A stretch of 33,922 nucleotides of DNA, taken from positions 1-33,922 of the IMG/VR virus record IMGVR_UViG_3300016675_000431. One strand, given 5' to 3'. The notes under the pieces were generated by a model that was not told the origin of the DNA, ran no database searches, and saw nothing but the letters and a program-made list of their open reading frames with translations. The stretch comes from a virus (lineage: Duplodnaviria > Caudoviricetes). This document shows, one piece after another, positions 16,630-25,183 of the stretch; the stretch's first letter is position 1; each line of letters opens with the position of its first letter. Position numbers and translations under genes: made by a program.

Positions 16630-18735
16630 TTAGTTTAGAACATCTTGAGATACACCTTTAAATAAAGAAAGATTTGACAATTGTTTTGTCATCAATGGAA
16701 CAAAATTTTTTCTAATATGTTGCATTGACTGTCTTCTTAAGCTAGTCAAGTTATTACATATGTCAGCCTGTCTAGTTTGTTCTGATAAACATCCTGCTTG
16801 TTTCAAAGCTGTAAATATGTTATTTTCTAAATACAATAAATCAAATACAGGTTCAACAAACTCTTTATGTACTTGTTTGTATTGACCTGTGTACCGAAGA
16901 CGGTCAACAAGTTTTGTTGACCCCTCCTTAAATTGTATATTGGGTGGCCTAATTGTATTAATAGTGTCTTCTAAAGTTGTCTGTATTATTTTTGAGTAAT
17001 CAGTATAACAAGTTCCAGTATCATCACACTTGTACCCGAACTCACTCATTTGTGCCACAAAGGACTCTTTTAAATCTTGGTGTGTAATATTTTCTATATT
17101 TCCACCTAAATCAGCTAATTTATTTAATATGGGTAACAAATAAATAGACGAAAGAGCATTTTTAACTATAATACCAGCCGAAGGTGAGAATCTATCAAAA
17201 TCAAAGCTACCATCTTTAAAGTATGTACGAAACATTTTCTTTTTATATTCTTTTATCTTTTCTCTTGGATTTGTAGAATTACCTATGATTGATTTATATA
17301 AATCTGAAATCATGGGTTTTACAAGAGTTTCAAAAGTAGTATCTTCTCCTGCACTTTCATCTTGAGTCAAAAAAGCATAATTTATAAAACCCGTGGAACC
17401 ATTATGGTTAATTACAGAATTAACATTTCTACCTAATTTGTAAGTCTTACTTCCTTCAGGTAACTTAATTGTTAAAAAATCTTGAAACTTAGTAGATGCA
17501 GCTAATTTAGCAATTACAGCTAAAGATAAACCTGTACTTGATTTTCTTATTTGAAGAGGATTTTCTTCTAATACGGAATCTTTCAAAAGATACTCAGTAT
17601 TTATTGTAACACTAAAATCCTTACAACCTATTGTAAGTTTATTTTTATTAACTTCTAACTTTCTAGGTTCTTTACAGAAATCATCTGAAGCCGTATTTTT
17701 TATTTTTCTACAATTATCTTTTATTTTTTGCAAATCATCTTTAACGGTATTTAATACTGTAATGTGTAGTCTTGATTTATTTTCACATTCTAAGAAATCC
17801 AGTATTGAAGCAGCAAGCATTGATGATGCGTCACCTAATGTAGAGTAATCCGAATCTCTGTTTGTTATAAGAGGATTTAGTTTTAGAAATTGAATACCAC
17901 TATTTAGAGTATGTAATGTACTTATATATTCTGGGTTGGAAATTTCCCCCGTTAAATATAGTTCTTTCAGTTCTAAAAACTGGTCTGCTAAGGATTTGGG
18001 TAAGAATCCGTCTTTATCTCTTTGAACTAACCCCAAGGAATTAAACAAAGAATCAAATCGTTGTAAACTATCTTCACTACTTTCCAAAGAAAGCATTACT
18101 TCAAAAAAGTTTTTTGATTGTTTTACTGCACCACATATAGATGCTAACTTTGCATTATTAGCTTTTATACAGGCATCCTTTAGACCTTCTTGTATAAAAC
18201 TAAGATTTTTTTCAATTGATTGAGAAAATTCAAGTGTAAAAGAAGATTCAAATTTCTGAAAACTAGAAACTCTTTTTAAGTACTCTGTCATTCCTTCTGT
18301 TTTGTTAAGTTCTTCGATTTTTTTTAGTAACTGTACTGAGTCACTAACCTTTTCAGCTAATTCTTCGTCCTTGACTCCTAACTTCTCGGCATACTTATGT
18401 AAAACGTTTTGACTGGATGGTTGCTCTACTAATTCAGTATAGGAGTCTGCTAGTTTTTTTGTATTCTCATTTGATTCTGCTTCTGTATAAGAATAGTTAT
18501 CTAAATTTTCTTCCAAAACTCTGATAGGACGATAATAGTGTGTGTTGGCATTTTTATTATTTGTTAGTCTATAGCTAACTCCGTTCTTATTCACATAAGG
18601 TACAAGAATAACTTTTCCATTAGCACTAGAATTTGCAAAAGTAGACGCAGGTAAAGCAGCACCTACAGCCTTTGTTACAAGGTCAAAGTTAGGTGTCTCA
18701 TAAAATATACTTTTTATTGCTTGATAATTTATCAT
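16630..18735 (-). CDS. Hypothetical protein (701 aa), immediately downstream of the portal
   Basis: Long ORF with AAGGT SD; N-terminal IKS/TKA sites and LPASTFANSSANGKVILVP motif; relatively Cys-rich. Confidence 0.85.
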   Translation of the reverse strand: MINYQAIKSIFYETPNFDLVTKAVGAALPASTFANSSANGKVILVPYVNKNGVSYRLTNNKNANTHYYRPIRVLEENLDNYSYTEAESNENTKKLADSYTELVEQPSSQNVLHKYAEKLGVKDEELAEKVSDSVQLLKKIEELNKTEGMTEYLKRVSSFQKFESSFTLEFSQSIEKNLSFIQEGLKDACIKANNAKLASICGAVKQSKNFFEVMLSLESSEDSLQRFDSLFNSLGLVQRDKDGFLPKSLADQFLELKELYLTGEISNPEYISTLHTLNSGIQFLKLNPLITNRDSDYSTLGDASSMLAASILDFLECENKSRLHITVLNTVKDDLQKIKDNCRKIKNTASDDFCKEPRKLEVNKNKLTIGCKDFSVTINTEYLLKDSVLEENPLQIRKSSTGLSLAVIAKLAASTKFQDFLTIKLPEGSKTYKLGRNVNSVINHNGSTGFINYAFLTQDESAGEDTTFETLVKPMISDLYKSIIGNSTNPREKIKEYKKKMFRTYFKDGSFDFDRFSPSAGIIVKNALSSIYLLPILNKLADLGGNIENITHQDLKESFVAQMSEFGYKCDDTGTCYTDYSKIIQTTLEDTINTIRPPNIQFKEGSTKLVDRLRYTGQYKQVHKEFVEPVFDLLYLENNIFTALKQAGCLSEQTRQADICNNLTSLRRQSMQHIRKNFVPLMTKQLSNLSLFKGVSQDVLN

Positions 18736-18742
18736 TCTTACC

Positions 18743-21700
18743 TTAAGCTTTTAGTAATTGTAAAATAGACTTCTCTATATTATTTAGTTTATTACCATAA
18801 ACAATATTCAATAAGATATTTTTAATTACATCTTTTTCTAGTTCTATTCCATCAGTTTTAAGGGTATCAGTTATGAAGTCTGCATTTATTTGTACAACAT
18901 AATCTACATCAATAACACTATCAGGAGTTTCTAATCTATTTTTAAAATCTTCAACAATGAGTTCTACTGGTGGGAAGTATTGAGAGTCTATTTCCTCTAA
19001 AAGTAGTTTTTCTAAATTTTCTTGTACTGCCTCTGCATCCAATAACATTAGATTGACATTTAAAAATATTTCATTTAAATATTTTTCTAGTGTATCAACT
19101 TGTGTTCTATGTAAATCTTTAAAATACGTTATATCATTTGGATAGTCTGTAAAATTGTTTATAAACGAATTTGAAAACGAATCAAACAAGTCACTGTAAT
19201 AATCAGACGTACTTTGATTTTCTGGCCCATCAAACTTAGCATAAATAAATGTCATTATTTCAGCCATATATTCATTTATAGAAGTCATTAAAACTTCATA
19301 AGGTAACTTTTGTAGAGCAGAAAAATCATTTACATTAGTTTCACCCAAAGTATCATCTGATTTGTGTATTACAACCTTTAATTTATCTTTTTCAGTTATA
19401 ACTTTATCTCTTAATTTGTAAAAACCATCTTTTTGGTCATCTAAATAAGACATCAAGTTAATTAAATCAATTTTTTGGAGGTTTTTTACATAAGCAGAGA
19501 GAACACAATATTTCTGTAATCTTACATCTCTGTAAGTATGAACTTTATAGGAATATAAGTTAATATACCTACTTATAAATTCTAATTTTTCTTTTTCACT
19601 TGTAATATTATCAAAGAGTGAATTTAAAACTGTACTTTCAGATTTAGTAAACTCAATCACGTCTAAAGCAATAAAATCTAGTGGAATTAAATTCTTATTA
19701 AAAGTTTTTACAAGGTTGGAATAAAACTTATGAGCCTCTTTATTACTTTTTATTATGTTGAGAAGTTTAGTTTCTAATGCATTAGTTTTACACAAGACAA
19801 ACAATTCTGAAAACCACAAATCATTGCTAAGTCCATCTTTCTCAACTAGTTCTGCAAATTTATCTAAAAACTTATCAGATAACTCTTCATTTAAACTTTG
19901 ACGTGCGAATATTAATAAAGCTGATAAATCCTCTTGTGAGACTTGGGCTTTAACCAAAGACTCTAAAGTGGTTGTTTCTGTAACTTTCACATAATTTTCA
20001 GGAATATCTAGGTCATCTGTTGTAAAAACAAATTCTACAGTGTCACCATGTGTTACTCTAGTTTTTAAAGCATATAAAAGTTTAGTCAAACTATTTAAGG
20101 TGGAACCTTCACTACCAAATGGAGTCATGGGTACAGGAGAATATAAAGTTAATCCAGCAGTTTTATTATATTCACCCATAAATTTCAGGGAGGAACCAGT
20201 ACTAGAATCCATTTTATACAAATAAGATACAAAGGTTAGTAAATTATCTTTGTTAAACGCTTCTTTAGAAATTTTTAAATTAACTACTATTTTATTAGGG
20301 GACTTGAATGATATATAAGAGTCTTTTATTTGATTTTCTAATTTAAAAGTTGTCAATTCTAATGGGTCTATGCTTGTTTCAGTAGAACTAGATTCGACTT
20401 TTACTAAAGTATCTCTGAGTGTAATAAGAGGTGTGTCATGATACAAAGTGGATTTTATAAGTCCTGATACATCCATTTTATTGTAAAAGTCATCAGTCAT
20501 TACATTTTCTACCAATTGCCCTAGAACAGATTTCATTTTTGGAGGCTGTCCTATAACCGGGGCCATATCAGGAACCTGCCCTTGTACTGCACCTGCATTA
20601 CCACCTTGAAAATCTGGTAGAGATGGAACAGGGGGAGTGTTGGGTTGACCACCCATTCCTGGAGGCATTGGGGGCTGTCCTCCCTGTCCTGCACCTTGTT
20701 GTTGGTCTAGTGGAACCCAATTCTTTAACCCTTGCATGGGTGTGTCACCCCATACCATAGGTTCTAGTCCGTCCTCTGAACGAGCTTCATTTATAGTTTT
20801 ATAACCTGTTTGAAGTTGACCTTGAGTAACATTCCAACGAGCTTGTTTATTTTCTATATCATCCTCATCAAACCATAACTTTAAATCTTGTTCGTCACGT
20901 AATTCATCAATAATATTTGTTGTAAAAGTTTTGGAAATTAATGAAGCTAAGGTATCTAAACCTTTAGATTTTGTCATTGCAGCTTGTGTTTCAGCAGTAT
21001 TGCCTTGGATAGAGACTCGCCCATTTCTACGTACAAAAAATAAATGATTAGGGACATTGAAACAATATACTTTACCAGTGTAATCAATCAAATTCAAATT
21101 TTTATCTTTTCTGAGTTGATAATTAGTACCTTGTTGCATTAAAACTCTAAAACATCTTGAACCATTAGTAACTATTGCTCTATACCCTAATTTTATAGCA
21201 ATTTCTTGTACATCATCAGCAAGAATCTTACTGTTGGTGTAATAAGCCATACTTGTTGAATTTTTATGTCGCTTACTATATGTACCATCCCCGAGCATCA
21301 AAGCATCAAATAAAATACTTAATTGTCGTTTTGATAGATTTTTTATCCATTTTGGAATTCTTTTAGTAAATGATTTTGTCCCAATTTCAGCCTTTAAGTA
21401 TGTATGCAATTGCTTATTTGCAAACTGCCACCTATGAGTGCCATCTTTACTTATTGTTAATGTATGTATAATTTCTAATTGGTCTAAAATAGTTTGTATT
21501 TTATTTATGTTTTTTTCTTTTTTCTGAGAAATATTTAATAAATACTGACCTGTTTTACCTTCAAAAACACAACCTTCAGAAAGCATGTAACCTAAAAACT
21601 CTAACCATAAATCAGTTTTATAAGTTTTTTCAGGTACTTTTACTGGAATTTTGTGTGATAATTTTTCTACTGCTGGTATAGTCACATATTCTGATTCTAA

Positions 21701-23380
21701 ACCATTCCAATCAGATTGACCCAAAAATCTAAATTGACTAGGAACATTTTTTGCTTCTACTTTTTTCCATGTATTTTTGTCAGTGGCATCAATTTTATTT
21801 CTATCGGTATTAATCCACATTTTATGTTCTGGTGTTACCATAACATCAACATTACTTGATTTGAAATGATACATTGGCCCAGAGTAATCATATAAATATA
21901 TACTTTCATTGGGTTTATGAAACTCAAGCATATTGTTTTCGGGATTTAGTGTAGCTATTTTATCATCTTCGGTAATATCATAATACATTTTCCAACCATT
22001 ATCAGTTAGAGTTTCAGTATCTTCAGAGTAACAAGCACGGTTTATGTCACTTAAAACACCTACGTCTTGAGGAGAAACTTGATAAACTGCACATATCTTT
22101 CTAGTTAAATATTCTGCTAACTCTTTGAACTGCATATCACGTCTATTACCTTTAAGGTCTATCCAACTGAATTTACCACCTGATACAACAGGTATTTGTG
22201 TAAAGTCAGACATAATAATAGACTGTAATCTACGCTGAACAGCATCTAACTCTTCTTGGTCTAAACCATTGTACATGGCATCGTCACCAACAGTAGGAGG
22301 CTCAATGACTAAGAAACCTTCAGGTACAGAGCCACCTTTTCTGTAATAGTCAACATTACCTTTATCAATAAACAAATCTGATAAGACAGTTGTATAAAGG
22401 ACTTCCATTGGTGGAATTCCGTAACCGTACATATAAATGTCAGAGCTTGTATTCTGTCTCAAAAACATAACATCTTTTTTGTCTATATGATTTCTTGTAG
22501 GTTGTTGGTCTATAACTTGAACATAGTGTGTTATGTAACCCTCTTGGTTAAGTACAGGACGTAAAGTACTACCATCAACAGCAACTACAGCAATTAGATT
22601 TCCAAACTCATCTCTAACTTTTATAGCCGCCCCACGGTCAATAGTTAGGAGGTCTTCCATCATTACGTTAATAAGATTTTCCCAAGAGGCATCTTCAGAG
22701 TAAAATGGGTCTGGTTTTCTTAAAAACTTAAGTATCATCCTCTTATCTGAGTTTCTTTTTTGATGAAAGTTTTTGTGTTTATTGTTCAAATAATCAATTA
22801 ATTCTAACTCTAAAGTACTTAGTTCACCTTTGGCTTTTTCAAATATTTCTAGTTTTCTTTGATACTTATCAAAGGGGTCAATTTTACGAAATATCTCTAG
22901 CAATGAATACTTTTCTGATTCGTTTAATTCTGGTAACTGTAATATCTCACTATTTGAATATTCTAAAACAGAAAATCTAGGGGATGGTTCCTTTTCTTTA
23001 GGAACCAAAATCAAGTTTTTCTTAGCTATCTGATTTCTTCTAAACGAGATAATTGAGTAGACTACAGTACTAGACCAAGCCATAGCTCTAAGACCTAAAA
23101 GATTATGACTACCTGGATAGTCTTTACCCATTATGGGTTGCTCTTTTATAGTAGATGCCTTGCCTATAGCTGGTAAACTTCTACTTTTTCGTTCTTTTGT
23201 TAATTCTGAAATATTGGAATAAGTTAATAAACCTTTTAATTCTGCTCTTGCTCTATCTTCTATTGATTCAACACCCGTAGAAACAAAATACTTCTTTCTA
23301 CTTTTGTCATCTGAAGCACTTTTTGGTAAGGTCAGTTCTTTTGAGAATGGTTTACCATCAAGACTAAGTATTCTACTCAT
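18743..23380 (-). CDS. Phage portal protein with intein and roughly 600-aa C-terminal extension
   Basis: Portal-type motifs DLLTIDRG...VAVDGSTLRP, YGYGIPPME, DMQFKE...ICAVYQVSPQDVG and TINEARSEDGLEP..GD; AGGAG SD. Confidence 0.9.
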   Translation of the reverse strand: MSRILSLDGKPFSKELTLPKSASDDKSRKKYFVSTGVESIEDRARAELKGLLTYSNISELTKERKSRSLPAIGKASTIKEQPIMGKDYPGSHNLLGLRAMAWSSTVVYSIISFRRNQIAKKNLILVPKEKEPSPRFSVLEYSNSEILQLPELNESEKYSLLEIFRKIDPFDKYQRKLEIFEKAKGELSTLELELIDYLNNKHKNFHQKRNSDKRMILKFLRKPDPFYSEDASWENLINVMMEDLLTIDRGAAIKVRDEFGNLIAVVAVDGSTLRPVLNQEGYITHYVQVIDQQPTRNHIDKKDVMFLRQNTSSDIYMYGYGIPPMEVLYTTVLSDLFIDKGNVDYYRKGGSVPEGFLVIEPPTVGDDAMYNGLDQEELDAVQRRLQSIIMSDFTQIPVVSGGKFSWIDLKGNRRDMQFKELAEYLTRKICAVYQVSPQDVGVLSDINRACYSEDTETLTDNGWKMYYDITEDDKIATLNPENNMLEFHKPNESIYLYDYSGPMYHFKSSNVDVMVTPEHKMWINTDRNKIDATDKNTWKKVEAKNVPSQFRFLGQSDWNGLESEYVTIPAVEKLSHKIPVKVPEKTYKTDLWLEFLGYMLSEGCVFEGKTGQYLLNISQKKEKNINKIQTILDQLEIIHTLTISKDGTHRWQFANKQLHTYLKAEIGTKSFTKRIPKWIKNLSKRQLSILFDALMLGDGTYSKRHKNSTSMAYYTNSKILADDVQEIAIKLGYRAIVTNGSRCFRVLMQQGTNYQLRKDKNLNLIDYTGKVYCFNVPNHLFFVRRNGRVSIQGNTAETQAAMTKSKGLDTLASLISKTFTTNIIDELRDEQDLKLWFDEDDIENKQARWNVTQGQLQTGYKTINEARSEDGLEPMVWGDTPMQGLKNWVPLDQQQGAGQGGQPPMPPGMGGQPNTPPVPSLPDFQGGNAGAVQGQVPDMAPVIGQPPKMKSVLGQLVENVMTDDFYNKMDVSGLIKSTLYHDTPLITLRDTLVKVESSSTETSIDPLELTTFKLENQIKDSYISFKSPNKIVVNLKISKEAFNKDNLLTFVSYLYKMDSSTGSSLKFMGEYNKTAGLTLYSPVPMTPFGSEGSTLNSLTKLLYALKTRVTHGDTVEFVFTTDDLDIPENYVKVTETTTLESLVKAQVSQEDLSALLIFARQSLNEELSDKFLDKFAELVEKDGLSNDLWFSELFVLCKTNALETKLLNIIKSNKEAHKFYSNLVKTFNKNLIPLDFIALDVIEFTKSESTVLNSLFDNITSEKEKLEFISRYINLYSYKVHTYRDVRLQKYCVLSAYVKNLQKIDLINLMSYLDDQKDGFYKLRDKVITEKDKLKVVIHKSDDTLGETNVNDFSALQKLPYEVLMTSINEYMAEIMTFIYAKFDGPENQSTSDYYSDLFDSFSNSFINNFTDYPNDITYFKDLHRTQVDTLEKYLNEIFLNVNLMLLDAEAVQENLEKLLLEEIDSQYFPPVELIVEDFKNRLETPDSVIDVDYVVQINADFITDTLKTDGIELEKDVIKNILLNIVYGNKLNNIEKSILQLLKA
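20999..22033 (-). mobile_element. Intein (345 aa) with LAGLIDADG homing endonuclease in the portal
   Basis: Starts CYSEDTETLTDNGW; block B VTPEHKMW; FLGYMLSEG and LFDALMLGDG; block F VYCFNVP; ends RRNGRVSIQGN with +1 Thr. Confidence 0.92.
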
Positions 23381-23381
23381 T

Positions 23382-23963
23382 TTATGTTACTCCTACATTA
23401 TCTGTGTTTTTAAAGAATCTAGTATCTACATAATTATCTGATAATTGTTGTATCGGATAAGTAGTTAGTAAAAAATTAAATTGTGTTTTTTTATTTGTTG
23501 TAGTTACAAAAGTTAAAAGTTTTTGTAAATGTCTGTTTAAGGCTATAAGTCTGCCAAAAAAGGAAAAAAAGTTATTACTTGCTGTTATTATTTTTGGAAC
23601 ATCTATAAAAACATCATTTGCAAACAAAAAAAGCTCTATTACAGGGGAACTTTCAAGTTGAACTTCGAGAGTATCTATAGATATTTTCTTTAAAGTTAAA
23701 GAAAACTCAAAAGACTTATTGTTTAGTATTAGTTCAAACCTTAACAAAGCACTATCATTAGTTTGAATCTGATTTTTATGTATCTGAAAACTAAAGACCA
23801 ATCCATCTATGTTTTTTAAGTTATACACTATTTGATTGGATACATTTTTATTCGTAGTTATGAAAAGAGATTTTTGTTTTAATTTTTGTATAGTAGAGGC
23901 TACACTTACATCTCTAACACTGGAATTTTCTATGGTAATAAAAAGTTTATCCATTTCTATCAT
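23382..23963 (-). CDS. Hypothetical protein (about 190 aa), first gene of the portal operon
   Basis: Abuts the portal start; alternative ATG at 23954. Confidence 0.75.
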   Translation of the reverse strand: MIEMDKLFITIENSSVRDVSVASTIQKLKQKSLFITTNKNVSNQIVYNLKNIDGLVFSFQIHKNQIQTNDSALLRFELILNNKSFEFSLTLKKISIDTLEVQLESSPVIELFLFANDVFIDVPKIITASNNFFSFFGRLIALNRHLQKLLTFVTTTNKKTQFNFLLTTYPIQQLSDNYVDTRFFKNTDNVGVT

Positions 23964-24030
23964 TAGTATTATATTTCCTGACCCAAAAAATATCCATTTA
24001 TAGACTATGCATAAAAAGTAAATTATTTTG

Positions 24031-24042
24031 TATAATTAAATA
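24031..24042 (+). promoter_or_regulatory. TATAATTAAATA candidate phage late promoter, copy 3
   Basis: Exact 12-mer 10 nt upstream of the first gene of the terminase unit. Confidence 0.65.
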
Positions 24043-24052
24043 AAGAGAAAAT

Positions 24053-24418
24053 ATGCCAAAAAAACGAATTATACAAAAAAAGATGTTGGAAGAAATAGCA
24101 AACAAGTATTTAGCTAATAAGAAAGAATTTAACCTAGCAAAATTATCTGAGTCTTACGATATTCCTTATTCAACTTTAAGACGATACTTATTATCATATT
24201 TAAAGGAAAGTGACTTAGAGTCAGTAGAAGATTTTCTACCTTATGAGGGCTTTGAATATTTATCCATAGGTGACACTTACCAATGGGATTATCACTTAAC
24301 AGTTTGGTTAATTGTCGAAATACGTAATATGGATGGGGACAAAGTTTTTGTTTTGATTCCTTCAGACAATCAAAATAAAAGACATTGGGTTTGTGATGAA
24401 TTACAAGGTGAAGTATGA
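24053..24418 (+). CDS. Helix-turn-helix DNA-binding protein
   Basis: FNLAKLSESYDIPYSTLRRYL is a typical HTH; ATGA overlap with the next gene. Confidence 0.7.
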   Translation: MPKKRIIQKKMLEEIANKYLANKKEFNLAKLSESYDIPYSTLRRYLLSYLKESDLESVEDFLPYEGFEYLSIGDTYQWDYHLTVWLIVEIRNMDGDKVFVLIPSDNQNKRHWVCDELQGEV

Positions 24419-25176
24419 GTAAGATAAATACCACAGAACACATAGAAAATATACCTAAATATGTGGACTTAGTGAAAAGTTACACAGAAAAGAGATTTAA
24501 AGTTATTCGCTCACAAGGAATAGAAGAGGAAATATTAAATAAATATTTTATTGAAGGATGGAGAGCAACCGATATATCAGCAAAATATAATATTTCAGTA
24601 GGAACTATTTCCAGCTTCGTACAAGATTATTTGTTATCAAATTATGAGGATTCCCAAGTAGAACAAGCAGCAATTATTGATTCTGAAAATCATTTGGGAA
24701 TCATGACTTCATTTTTTTCTAACGTTTTCTTTTTATCTAGGGAAGCATCATTAAATGCTATGTTTGCTAGAAAGCTAAGAGAGGAAATTGCAATGCATAT
24801 TGCTGAGAATGGAGCTATTGAAACAGCAAAAAACAGAGATTTAATGATGGCATGGGATAGAGTTACTGATAAAACTGTGCGATATGGTGACTCTGCAATA
24901 AAACAAATGGATACTTATGTCAAATTAATGACTGAAGTATTAGATAAACAAAAAGATATTGCTTTTGTAAAAGTGCTGTTTGATACACTACAAAAACTTG
25001 AACCAAAAATAGTTGAAAAATTACAAAAAGCTTTGGCTGAGGACGAATATGCACGAGCAGTTTTAGAATCATTATCAGGAGAAATGATTTTAAAAACCTT
25101 TAAAGCAAGAAAAGAAGGTAAATTATATGTTGATTCAGCAGCAGAAGTGATTGATGCAGCTTTTGTTGAGGAGTAA
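24415..25176 (+). CDS. Probable terminase small subunit
   Basis: N-terminal HTH (GWRATDISAKYNISVGTISSFV) followed by long helices, directly upstream of TerL. Call rests on architecture and position. Confidence 0.55.
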   Translation: MSKINTTEHIENIPKYVDLVKSYTEKRFKVIRSQGIEEEILNKYFIEGWRATDISAKYNISVGTISSFVQDYLLSNYEDSQVEQAAIIDSENHLGIMTSFFSNVFFLSREASLNAMFARKLREEIAMHIAENGAIETAKNRDLMMAWDRVTDKTVRYGDSAIKQMDTYVKLMTEVLDKQKDIAFVKVLFDTLQKLEPKIVEKLQKALAEDEYARAVLESLSGEMILKTFKARKEGKLYVDSAAEVIDAAFVEE

Positions 25177-25183
25177 GATTATA

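Noticed and set aside
20528-20705. Local GC-rich patch as a foreign insert or structured RNA
   Set aside because: Explained by Gly/Pro/Gln/Ala codons of the portal linker.
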